From: a bacterium
Lineage (GTDB): Bacteria; Margulisbacteria; Marinamargulisbacteria; JABGVJ01
Reading direction: 5' to 3'
NCBI GenBank assembly: GCA_018646105.1
Contig: JABGVJ010000020.1
Span: 1-43,558 of the forward strand
DNA length: 43,558 nt
A program made the translations under genes and the position numbers. Below the pieces are notes generated by a model. That model saw only the letters and a list, made by a program, of their open reading frames with translations, did no database searches and was not told the origin of the DNA. This document shows, one piece after another, positions 9,355 to 17,872 of the stretch; position 1 is the stretch's first letter, and every line of letters begins with the position of its first letter.

Positions 9355-9702
9355 ATGGAATATAACGCAATAAATCAATTTATTAAAGTTGAACAAATAA
9401 AAAATACAATTACTTTTAAACCTCAGGTTAAAGCAACTGTTCATTTTACCCAGCTTTTAAATCATGTTATTTCCAGAAACCAAATTGTGGCGGTAATAGC
9501 TAATGAAAAAACTGAAAAAGATAAGTTGAAAAAAGAAAAAGATGTTTTGGAAGATGGCAAGAGTCTAAAAGAAGAAGATGATGATGGGTTGACGGTATAT
9601 AAGACTGTGCAGAAAATAGAAGAACGTTTGACGCAGTTAGCTAGAGTTGAAAGACAATTTTATTTAGGGAGTCAAGTTACTCCTACTAAGCAAGATCATT
9701 AA
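9355..9702 (+). CDS. Hypothetical protein, charged and coiled-coil-like
   Basis: 115-aa ORF continuing the plus-strand run. Confidence 0.62.
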   Translation: MEYNAINQFIKVEQIKNTITFKPQVKATVHFTQLLNHVISRNQIVAVIANEKTEKDKLKKEKDVLEDGKSLKEEDDDGLTVYKTVQKIEERLTQLARVERQFYLGSQVTPTKQDH

Positions 9703-10507
9703 GTTTTTTTACCATTTGCATATTTAAGGCATGTCCGGATTTAATGCCAATAAAATGACCAATAACAGGTGTGGCTAAAAGAGATAAATCTCCGATAAGA
9801 TCTAAAATTTTGTGCCTTACGAGTTCGTCAGGATAGCGCAGTTTATTTAAATAACCATTATCTTTAATAACTAGAGCGTTATCTAAGCTACCTCCTTTAA
9901 TAAGTCCTTTTTGTTTGAGTGTTTCTATTTCCTGATAAAACCCATAAGTTCTGGCCGCAGCAATTTCTTTGCTGAATACGGATTCATTAATTTCAAAAGA
10001 ATGAATTTGAGTACCGATGAAAGAATCCGGATATTCAATAATAAAAGTAATTTTGTAAGTTTCTTCTGGTAAAACCATGAGGGATATATTGTTTTCTTGA
10101 ATTAAATAAGGTGTTTGAATTTTTAAAACTTTTTTTTCTGCTTTTAGTTTTTGAATACCGTTTTTTTGGATGATTTCTAGAAATGCTTTGCTGCTTCCAT
10201 CTTTAATTGGAAGTTCCGGAGCATTGATTTCTATACGTAAATTATCGATACCTAGTACGGAAAGAACAGCTAGAAAATGTTCAGGCGTAATTATCTGACA
10301 ATTGTTTTTCTGTAAAATTGTAGCTCTTTTGGTGGAATGGATAGAATTGATATTAACAGGTATTTGAGCCATTTTTTGATCCGTGCGGATAAAAGTAATA
10401 CCCGTGTTTTCAGGTGCGGGTAAAAGAGTCATACTTACTTTTTGACCTGAATGAAGGCCTATACCGGAAATATGACAAGGTTGTTTAATGGTTTTTTGAT
10501 ATAACAT
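9686..10507 (-). CDS. lpxC: UDP-3-O-acyl-N-acetylglucosamine deacetylase
   Basis: QKTI, GIGLHSG, EHFLA, ELPIKDGS, ARTYGF, GGSLDNA, RHKILDLIGDL and SGHALN. Confidence 0.96.
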   Translation of the reverse strand: MLYQKTIKQPCHISGIGLHSGQKVSMTLLPAPENTGITFIRTDQKMAQIPVNINSIHSTKRATILQKNNCQIITPEHFLAVLSVLGIDNLRIEINAPELPIKDGSSKAFLEIIQKNGIQKLKAEKKVLKIQTPYLIQENNISLMVLPEETYKITFIIEYPDSFIGTQIHSFEINESVFSKEIAAARTYGFYQEIETLKQKGLIKGGSLDNALVIKDNGYLNKLRYPDELVRHKILDLIGDLSLLATPVIGHFIGIKSGHALNMQMVKKLNDLA

Positions 10508-10583
10508 AATTAGATCCTTTAGGTTTAATTTTAACTAAATAATACAAATTTTTAAAGTAACTCTACTATTTATGGAAAAAAAT

Positions 10584-10603
10584 GTGCCCTCACCCGTTGA
10601 GAA
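10584..10603 (+). repeat. Internally deleted remnant of the long-type REP-like element
   Basis: GTGCCCTCACCCGTTGAGAA is the leader GTGCCCTCACCC joined directly to the CCCGTTGA/GAGAA loop start seen at 25689 and 37487. Confidence 0.5.
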
Positions 10604-10724
10604 GATATTTAATACGGTTTTTGATTTAGAAAAGAAATAGGTTATTATATAGATATGTTTTGTTCATGTTTAAATGGGGGAAAATCAAATGGGGATCATC
10701 ACCTAAAAAAGAGGAGCTATTCTA

Positions 10725-11513
10725 ATGGATTGGAATGATATTTTGGATTTGGTAACTAACGGGGAAAATAAAAAAGTAAAATTTATGGCTAGGGTTATGA
10801 ATGAAAATGAAATTGGTCCCATTATAGCTGCTATGTCGAATAATAAATTAGGTGGGTTAATCGTTATAGGGTTTGATTTGAAGAATTATCACCTAATAGG
10901 TAGTAATATCGATTTTAAATGGATTGAAGATAATGTTTTGGTTAATTGTTATCCTAGGGTGCATTTTGAAACAGATACGATTTTAAAAAATGAGAAAAAA
11001 ATATTAGTTTTAAAAATTTTCGCAGGTAATTCAACTCCTTATTTTTTTAAAAAGAAATGTTATGTTTGTGATGATAAATTTGGTAGATTAGCGTCGATTG
11101 AAGAAGAGAGTGAATTAAGAGATAGACAAAAAGTAGATCCGGGTTCAGAGGAAATTAGTCAGCATTCTTTTTTTACGAAGACAGAAAAAGAAGTTGTGCC
11201 TGAAACAAATGAAATAGTATTTAAAAAAATAGAGAATCCTGATTTGAATATCCTTAAATACAATAATAATAAGTTAAGTACAAATAAGGTTCCTACAGAA
11301 ATAGAACTGGATTTAAATGAGCGGCAACAAAAAGTTTTGGATTATTTAAAAACTAATTTTAAAATAACCAATAAACAATATCGAAATATGCATGAGGTAT
11401 CACACAAGACAGCTCATAAAGAATTGGCTGATTTAGTGAATAAAGGGCCTCTGGGGACAAAGGGCGCGGGCAGAAGTACTTGTTATGTTTTGAATAAGTC
11501 TACCTTGTTTTAA
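10725..11513 (+). CDS. AlbA_2/Schlafen-like domain protein with C-terminal HTH
   Basis: GENKKVKF, IAAMSN-x-x-GGLIVIG, and a C-terminal LNERQQKVLDYL...ITNKQY...TAHKELADLV...GAGRST-x-Y winged helix. Confidence 0.8.
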   Translation: MDWNDILDLVTNGENKKVKFMARVMNENEIGPIIAAMSNNKLGGLIVIGFDLKNYHLIGSNIDFKWIEDNVLVNCYPRVHFETDTILKNEKKILVLKIFAGNSTPYFFKKKCYVCDDKFGRLASIEEESELRDRQKVDPGSEEISQHSFFTKTEKEVVPETNEIVFKKIENPDLNILKYNNNKLSTNKVPTEIELDLNERQQKVLDYLKTNFKITNKQYRNMHEVSHKTAHKELADLVNKGPLGTKGAGRSTCYVLNKSTLF

Positions 11514-11528
11514 AAGACTGTCGTAAAA

Positions 11529-12680
11529 CTACTCGATTTTTAATTGTTGATATAATTCCCAGTTTGGTTGAGAGACTAGTTGTGGGAATCTTTGAGCGAG
11601 AGATTGGACTAGTAAGAAATCGTTTTCTTGAATTGATTTAGGATAAAAGCCAAACACTTTTTGCCACATATCCCAGCGTTCCATACATAAATAGATCCAA
11701 ATAGGGTTTTTAGGTGCAATTTTGGCCTCTTGTTTTCTTATTTCCTGATACAAGTGCTGATACATTTTGACGCGTAATGGTTTTACATAACGCATTTTAC
11801 GATCATTGCCGGTAATCATTTCCGGGGTGGTGATTTTGGTGGTGGGAAAGTTTGCCTCAATGGTTTTTTTCATTTCTGGGTTAAAGCGTAAACTTCCAAT
11901 AGATATCCAACTGATGTTTTGAGGCGAGACTGCTTGAAAAATAGCTTTCACTAAGCGGCTATAAGCTGTTTCCCAGCCTTTAAAATAAAGCATAGGATCA
12001 AAATGTAAACCAATGAGATAACCGGCTTTAATAACTTTTTGCATAGCTTGAAGACGTTTTTTTAAAGAGGCGGTACCATGTTCTTCTTGTTTTATAATGC
12101 AATCCGGACTGACGGTCCAGGAAACTATGGTTTTTTGTTGGTGATTTAAATCCAAAATCTCATCTACGCAATCAGATTTAGTACGTAACTCAAATAAAAC
12201 GTTAGGGAAATTTTTGATGCCTTCAATAAGCTCGTTAGTTTGTTTGGTGATGGGATTGAAAACCAAACTATCTCCTAATTCCCAGTTTCCTATGCGATAT
12301 AAATACCAAGAGTTTTGGCTAACTTTAGATTGGATTTCCGCTAGAATTGCTTTGGTATCTGTAATTAAGGTGGTGGTGGTATTGGTAAGATAATTTTGTA
12401 AAAAGCAATAAGAACAATCAAAAGGACAGTTGCTAATACTATGAATGACATGAAAATGACAACATAAATAACGTTCATCTAAAGAAGCACATTGATTAAA
12501 CACTTCTCCTTTTTTTGAAGCTAAATAAAGAGTTTTTTTTCCTTGTCTATAATCAGCAAGCGCAGGTGCTTTAGTGCATTTTTTTAAATTTAAGTGATGT
12601 TTTTTTAGTTCAGTGACTGAAGCGCTTTTTTGTTGGCTTTGATCAACGATTAAGTTTTGTAAATTTTTATTACTATTCAT
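11529..12680 (-). CDS. Spore photoproduct lyase (SplB)-family radical SAM protein
   Basis: NCPFDCSYCFLQ, ELGDSL, ELRTKS, EEHGTASL-x-x-RL, LHFDP and YLCME. Confidence 0.85.
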   Translation of the reverse strand: MNSNKNLQNLIVDQSQQKSASVTELKKHHLNLKKCTKAPALADYRQGKKTLYLASKKGEVFNQCASLDERYLCCHFHVIHSISNCPFDCSYCFLQNYLTNTTTTLITDTKAILAEIQSKVSQNSWYLYRIGNWELGDSLVFNPITKQTNELIEGIKNFPNVLFELRTKSDCVDEILDLNHQQKTIVSWTVSPDCIIKQEEHGTASLKKRLQAMQKVIKAGYLIGLHFDPMLYFKGWETAYSRLVKAIFQAVSPQNISWISIGSLRFNPEMKKTIEANFPTTKITTPEMITGNDRKMRYVKPLRVKMYQHLYQEIRKQEAKIAPKNPIWIYLCMERWDMWQKVFGFYPKSIQENDFLLVQSLAQRFPQLVSQPNWELYQQLKIE

Positions 12681-13591
12681 AACTTGTTTAGTATTTGGCC
12701 AAGTTTAGTTTGGTTTTTTTTAGCTTGTAAATATTTTAGAATGGCCTGGAGTTGGTTTGTTTCGGTTAGGTTTATTTGTATAGTTATAGCTTTGTTTTCC
12801 AGGGTTTGGTCCCAGGTCAGATTTAAATTTGAGGGAAGCTGCATAGTTTCTTTTATTTTATTTAGTTTGGCATTGGTTTGGGTGAGGATGGGGAATCTGA
12901 GCTGTTTGATATAGGTTCTTAATTGTGTTGTTTTTTCATGATTACTAAGATTAGAAGACATGATTTGTTTTAGTTCTGGTTTATTTAATAAAGTGTTTAA
13001 AGTTATGTTTTGTCCTCTTAAATAATCATTGATATTTTCCACAAGTTCTAAAATGATCGAAAGAGTAAGGTTGATGTTTGATTTCCAGGATAAGATTGTA
13101 AGCAGTAAATTTTGAGGTAAGTTAAACAAATGAATACATTGTTTGAGTGACAGTTGTTTTTCCGCGCAAAATTGGAGTGCTTGAAGGGGTAAATTGCTTA
13201 TTTTGAGATATTTGGGAAGCATAACTTTATGATTATCAAGATCAAGGGCGGACAGAAAATAGGATTGGATGGTTTTTTTAGGGATTTTGAGTTCCTGTAG
13301 TTTTTTAATAAAGTATATTTTGCTAGCCAGTGATTGAGTGATTTTAGTTTTGTTTGCTTGTAAAATCATATCTAGGACTTTTTCTAAATCAGTACAGGTA
13401 TGGTAAGGAGTGTCTTTTGAGGCATATTTTATTCTTTGAAACCCGTCAGCGAGGTGAAGAATATTATGTGCATCTTTATAAAGAAGTATAGGGGTGTGGA
13501 TACCGTGTTTTTCGAATGAATTTTCTAGGTTTTGTTTGGACGCATAAAGATATAAATTGTTAAACAATATAGTTTTTAGTTTTTTGATCAT
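12677..13591 (-). CDS. Hypothetical protein with ParB/Srx-like N-terminal domain
   Basis: SFEKHGIHTPILL and LADGFQRI resemble ParB N-terminal motifs. Start moved to the ATG at 13591 to avoid overlap with the upstream gene. Confidence 0.62.
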   Translation of the reverse strand: MIKKLKTILFNNLYLYASKQNLENSFEKHGIHTPILLYKDAHNILHLADGFQRIKYASKDTPYHTCTDLEKVLDMILQANKTKITQSLASKIYFIKKLQELKIPKKTIQSYFLSALDLDNHKVMLPKYLKISNLPLQALQFCAEKQLSLKQCIHLFNLPQNLLLTILSWKSNINLTLSIILELVENINDYLRGQNITLNTLLNKPELKQIMSSNLSNHEKTTQLRTYIKQLRFPILTQTNAKLNKIKETMQLPSNLNLTWDQTLENKAITIQINLTETNQLQAILKYLQAKKNQTKLGQILNKL

Positions 13592-13592
13592 T

Positions 13593-14393
13593 TTAAAAAT
13601 AACTGTATCCTTGAGCTGTTCTAGTGCTATCGTTGTTTTTAATGTTTTGGAGAATAGAAATACCAATATCTACATGTTTTTGTGTATGTTCTCTAAATAT
13701 TTTTTTTGCGCTTTCATCAGTTTTAATGCCTTCTTGTTTTAAGGGTGAATCTGAAATAAGCATTAAGGCACCGACGGGTATTTTTTTGGCATAACCAGCT
13801 GTAAAAAGAGTAGCGCATTCCATATCAATAGCTTGTACTCTTTCTTCTTTTAAATTTTTAATGAATTCATCGTCAAATTCCCAAAAACGAATATTGGTAG
13901 TATGAATAACACCGGAATAATAGGTGAGATGCCTTCTTTCAAGTTCTTCGGCTACGAAACGTTGGATATAAAATGAAGATAATGAAGGTATTTGAGGTGG
14001 CATATAATAATCTGAAGTGCCCTCCCCTCTAACCGCGGCTACAGGATTGAAAAAATCACCTACTTTATATTTTCTACGGAGTCCGCCGCACATGCCTAAG
14101 ATAAGTACGCCTTTGGGTTTAACGAAACTTAAAAGATCTATAATAAGGGCTGCTACGGGTGATCCAACGCCAAAATTAATGGCGGAAATATTGAGTTTGT
14201 CTGAATGTACGGTTTCCATAACCGTACCATGGGTTTGGGAACCTTCTGAAATATTTTTGAAATGTTCCATGTAATGTGGGAAATTTATTAAAAGAATATA
14301 GGGTTTGAAATCAGAAATACTACTACCTGTATATCTTTTGAGTGTGCTAAGCCCTATTTCTTCCTGATATTTATTAATTGGTTCTTTATGCAT
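13593..14393 (-). CDS. amn: AMP nucleosidase (short PNP/UDP-fold form)
   Basis: L-x-RYTG, YILL-x-NF, INFGVGSP-x-AA, LGMCGGL, RGEGTS-x-x-Y, TTN-x-RFWE and IDMECATLF. Confidence 0.85.
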   Translation of the reverse strand: MHKEPINKYQEEIGLSTLKRYTGSSISDFKPYILLINFPHYMEHFKNISEGSQTHGTVMETVHSDKLNISAINFGVGSPVAALIIDLLSFVKPKGVLILGMCGGLRRKYKVGDFFNPVAAVRGEGTSDYYMPPQIPSLSSFYIQRFVAEELERRHLTYYSGVIHTTNIRFWEFDDEFIKNLKEERVQAIDMECATLFTAGYAKKIPVGALMLISDSPLKQEGIKTDESAKKIFREHTQKHVDIGISILQNIKNNDSTRTAQGYSYF

Positions 14394-14412
14394 TTTTTTT
14401 TCTCCTTATGCT

Positions 14413-15855
14413 TTAAAAATTTCTAGTTCCAAATACGAGTGCTGTGTAAGTATAAATATCGGCTGTACCATCTTGCCAACAAGTTTGTGGTAAACCTGAT
14501 TTGTGTTCGCAAAGACTGTTCATCATTTGCGATCTGTCCCAATTTTGTTCTGGTGCGACCTGAGGCAAATAAGTTCCTCCCTGAGCATTGAGCTGGATGA
14601 AAACGCCATGTTTTCCAGGAATAATTTCTAAAGGGTCGCTAATTTTTTTACGCGCAGAAAGGATAGATATTTCGATGTCTAATTTTGTAACTTCTTCCTG
14701 GGTTAAAGGATTAAATCTAGGATCTTCAAAAGCTGATGATAGTGCCATTTGAGATACTAATTCATAAAGTGGCTGGGTTGGTTCAAAATTGCCGATACAG
14801 CCTCTGAGCTGCCCTTGTTTTTTGAGCGTAACAAAAACGCCGTAAGTAGTTTTTAAGGCGGGTGAGATCTGAAAATTTTTGAAATCTATTTTTTGATCTA
14901 AGAAATGTTTTTGTAAAGTTTCTTTTACTATGTTTAAAAGAGTTTGTTTGTCTGACTTATTTAAATATGGCGTATCGTAAAATTTTTCTTCAGCATCACT
15001 ATAATAAACTAAAGCCCCGTAACCAACGACTTGTGATTTGTCCCCAAAAGGAAAATCGCCGGAATTGCTATAATGTAAGAGTTCTGCTTGATGAAGATTA
15101 AGTTTTTGTGCTAAATATAAGCCGCTTAAAATAGCATTTTCGCCACAAGCAAAACAAGGACAGTTTGGAGGGGGATTTTGGCCTAGGTCTTGAAGTTTGG
15201 TTTTGAAGATATCTGGGTCACCTGAAAGTGCTGCTTTAATCGTTTCTTGATCAACTTTGATCGCATCCTCATATGTTGGGTAATGAGAAAAATCAGAAGA
15301 AATGATGATAAGATCGTCTGGAGTGATAACTTTATAAAGATAGTCAGCTAAGCTTTCCGCTTCTTGTGCGCTACTGAGTAGACAAGGGATGATTTGGATA
15401 TTATCGGGAAATATATATTTGATAAAAGGAAGTTGCATTTCCAGACTATTTTCATTTTGATGTGCTGTAGGAACAAAAGTAAATTGTGGGTCAATTTTTA
15501 ATAAATAATTTACGATATCTTGATTTACTTTGATATTGCCTAGCGGGGTTTCATATTGCTGGTAATTACCAATAGAAACACCGGGGAAACCCATGAAATG
15601 CGAAATACCAATCAGGAAAATGTTGCGATATTGATGTGTAGCAGCAGCTTTATATGCATAAGCTGCGGTAGGTCCGCCAAAAGCAAGTCCGGGATGCGGA
15701 ACTACAATCATTCTGGGTTTAGACGTTTCTTTTAAAGCAGGTACTTGGTCTAGGTGTTTTTGCAAAGTATTAGCCAATTCCTGAGCATCGGCAGAATACC
15801 AGGATCCTGCTTTGGCTGGTTTGCGAATATTTAATTGGTTATGATTAAAAAACAT
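14413..15855 (-). CDS. AmmeMemoRadiSam system protein B (MEMO1) - protein A (AMMECR1) fusion
   Basis: N-terminal IRKPAKAGSWY, VPH, ISH, SLEMQLPF, SSDFSHY, CG and VVGY. C-terminal GVFVTL, LRGCIG, DPRF, IEISILS and LPQVA. Start placed at ATG 15855, which has an AGGAG RBS; the longer ORF runs into a repeat. Confidence 0.9.
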   Translation of the reverse strand: MFFNHNQLNIRKPAKAGSWYSADAQELANTLQKHLDQVPALKETSKPRMIVVPHPGLAFGGPTAAYAYKAAATHQYRNIFLIGISHFMGFPGVSIGNYQQYETPLGNIKVNQDIVNYLLKIDPQFTFVPTAHQNENSLEMQLPFIKYIFPDNIQIIPCLLSSAQEAESLADYLYKVITPDDLIIISSDFSHYPTYEDAIKVDQETIKAALSGDPDIFKTKLQDLGQNPPPNCPCFACGENAILSGLYLAQKLNLHQAELLHYSNSGDFPFGDKSQVVGYGALVYYSDAEEKFYDTPYLNKSDKQTLLNIVKETLQKHFLDQKIDFKNFQISPALKTTYGVFVTLKKQGQLRGCIGNFEPTQPLYELVSQMALSSAFEDPRFNPLTQEEVTKLDIEISILSARKKISDPLEIIPGKHGVFIQLNAQGGTYLPQVAPEQNWDRSQMMNSLCEHKSGLPQTCWQDGTADIYTYTALVFGTRNF

Positions 15856-15872
15856 CTGATTAGCTCCTATTT

Positions 15873-15956
15873 TAGGCCTCACCCCTCCTACGCTTTTCAA
15901 GCTTCTGAGGGCAGGCCCTCCCCCTCTCCATAAATGTAGAGGGGCTTAAGTTACTT
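15873..15956 (+). repeat. REP-like short element interrupted by a 29-bp insert
   Basis: TAGGCCTCACCCCT [CCTACGCTTTTCAAGCTTCTGAGGGCAGG] CCCTCCCCCTCTCCATAAATGTAGAGGGGCTTAAGTTACTT. The 3' part matches the copy at 17816. Confidence 0.85.
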
Positions 15957-16008
15957 TTTATTTTATATATTAATTCTAGCATAGGAATTTTTCTGCTAAA
16001 ATGTTTTT

Positions 16009-16635
16009 ATGACAAACAAACAAAAGTATTATGTGGTTTGGCAGGGAAAGAGCCCTGGGATTTACGATAACTGGCAAAATTGTGAAGCTCAAGTAAAGGG
16101 GTTTAACGGGGCTAAATATAAAAGTTTTAAAACTTTAGGTGAAGCAAATGACGCTTTTAAAAATAGTTATAAGGATTATTTTCAATATAATAAAAAATAT
16201 TCATCTTTAGAACTTTCTTTACCACCAGAAGTGCTTAAAAACAGCATATGCGTAGACGCGGCATGTAGCGGTAATCCGGGAATGATGGAATATCAAGGGG
16301 TAGAAACAGGTACCAAAAAACAGATTTTTCATTATGGTCCTATATGGGGCACGAATAATTTAGGAGAGTTTTTGGCGATTGTGTTTCTTTTGGCAATTTT
16401 AAAAAAAGCAAACGATGTTACGACAAGGATTTATACTGATTCTGCGGTAGCTATGAAATGGGTGAAAACAAAGCAGGTAAAATCAAAGTTGATGAAAAAT
16501 GCAAAAACAAAAGAAGTTTGGGCGTTAGTAGAATGGGCTATTGCTTGGTTAAACGATAATATGTATACGAATAAAATTTTGAAATGGGAAACAGAAAAGT
16601 GGGGCGAAATACCAGCGGATTTTGGGAGAAAGTAA
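16009..16635 (+). CDS. rnhA: Ribonuclease HI with N-terminal hybrid-binding (caulimovirus viroplasmin-like) domain
   Basis: KYYVVW-x-G-x-x-PGIY, VDAACSGNPG, TNNLGEFLAIV, YTDS and WGEIPADFGRK. Confidence 0.92.
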   Translation: MTNKQKYYVVWQGKSPGIYDNWQNCEAQVKGFNGAKYKSFKTLGEANDAFKNSYKDYFQYNKKYSSLELSLPPEVLKNSICVDAACSGNPGMMEYQGVETGTKKQIFHYGPIWGTNNLGEFLAIVFLLAILKKANDVTTRIYTDSAVAMKWVKTKQVKSKLMKNAKTKEVWALVEWAIAWLNDNMYTNKILKWETEKWGEIPADFGRK

Positions 16636-16638
16636 CTC

Positions 16639-16682
16639 AGCCTCACCCCCTAACCCCCTCTCCACAAGTGTAGAGGGGGGAT
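16639..16682 (+). repeat. REP-like hairpin element, short type
   Basis: AGCCTCACCCCCTAACCCCCTCTCCACAAGTGTAGAGGGGGG. Confidence 0.9.
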
Positions 16683-16711
16683 TTGTTTGGAAAAAAAGTT
16701 AAGGAAGGTTA

Positions 16712-17818
16712 ATGCATAATACAAGCAGAAGCGTAGCGATAATTGATTTGGGGGCGATGGGACATAACCTTGCTGAGGTAAAGAGATTAGCGCGTGATAA
16801 AAAAATTATAGCTATGGTCAAAGGAAACGCCTATGGGCATGGGTTGGTGGGAACAGCAACCTTTTTGGCTGATAAGGTGGATTATTTTGGTGTGGCTTTT
16901 GTGGAGGAAGCTATAGAACTCAGGGAAAATGGAATTAAAACGCCGATTTTAGTTTTTAACCCCACCCTACCGGAACAGTTTGATGATTATTTTAAATATA
17001 ATATTGATCATACAGTGGCTTCTATTTCGGCTTTACATGATTTGGATACTAAGGCTAAAAAAAGAGGGATTGAAATAAAAGTTCATCTGAAAATTGATAC
17101 GGGTATGATGCGTTTGGGTATTAGATATACAAATGCCCAGAATCTTTTAAGAAAAGCAAGCGAGGTAAAAAATTCTCAGGTGGTATCTGTGTTTTCCCAT
17201 TTTGCTACTAGTGACGAAGAAAATCTTGATTTTGCCAATTTGCAATTGGAAAGATTTAAAAAGGTTATTAAATTTTATGATGAGCAGAAACAAAAGCCTT
17301 TATTTCATATGGCTAATTCTGCGGCGATTATAAGATTGCCTGAAAGTCATTTTGATATGGTGAGACCAGGGATTATGATGTATGGGTATCATCCTTCTGA
17401 ATTTACCAGATCATGTGCTAAGCTCTGCCCTGCCCTAACTTGGAAAGCTAAAGCTACATATTTTAAAGTAATTTTAAAAGATCATCCGGTGAGCTACGGG
17501 GGGACTTGGGTAGCACCAGAAAATGTGCGCGCGGTAACGATTCCGATAGGCTATGCTGACGGATTTCGACGTATGTTGTCCAATAAAGGTGATGTTTTGA
17601 TCAGAGGAAAAAAGTATTCGGTGATCGGAAATGTATGTATGGACCAGACTGTGATTAAAATTGGTGAGGGTGAAGCCTATAAAGGTGATGACGTGGTGAT
17701 TATTGGTAAACAAGGTGATCAGGAAATAACAGCTGAGGATATGGCTGCTAAATTGGACACTATTTCTTATGAAGTTTTGACCGGGATTATGAAGAGAGTG
17801 GAACGGGTGTATATATAG
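16712..17818 (+). CDS. alr: Alanine racemase
   Basis: AMVKGNAYGHG (PLP lysine), HLKIDTGMMRLG, SHFA, HMANSAA, VRPGI, VSYG, IGYADG and CMDQ. Confidence 0.96.
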   Translation: MHNTSRSVAIIDLGAMGHNLAEVKRLARDKKIIAMVKGNAYGHGLVGTATFLADKVDYFGVAFVEEAIELRENGIKTPILVFNPTLPEQFDDYFKYNIDHTVASISALHDLDTKAKKRGIEIKVHLKIDTGMMRLGIRYTNAQNLLRKASEVKNSQVVSVFSHFATSDEENLDFANLQLERFKKVIKFYDEQKQKPLFHMANSAAIIRLPESHFDMVRPGIMMYGYHPSEFTRSCAKLCPALTWKAKATYFKVILKDHPVSYGGTWVAPENVRAVTIPIGYADGFRRMLSNKGDVLIRGKKYSVIGNVCMDQTVIKIGEGEAYKGDDVVIIGKQGDQEITAEDMAAKLDTISYEVLTGIMKRVERVYI

Positions 17819-17867
17819 GCCTCACCCCAAACCCCTCTCCATAAATGTAGAGGGGCTTAAGTTACTT
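17816..17867 (+). repeat. REP-like hairpin element, short type, between convergent alr and hydG (possible terminator)
   Basis: TAGGCCTCACCCCAAACCCCTCTCCATAAATGTAGAGGGGCTTAAGTTACTT. Its first TAG is the alr stop codon. Confidence 0.9.
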
Positions 17868-17872
17868 AATAT

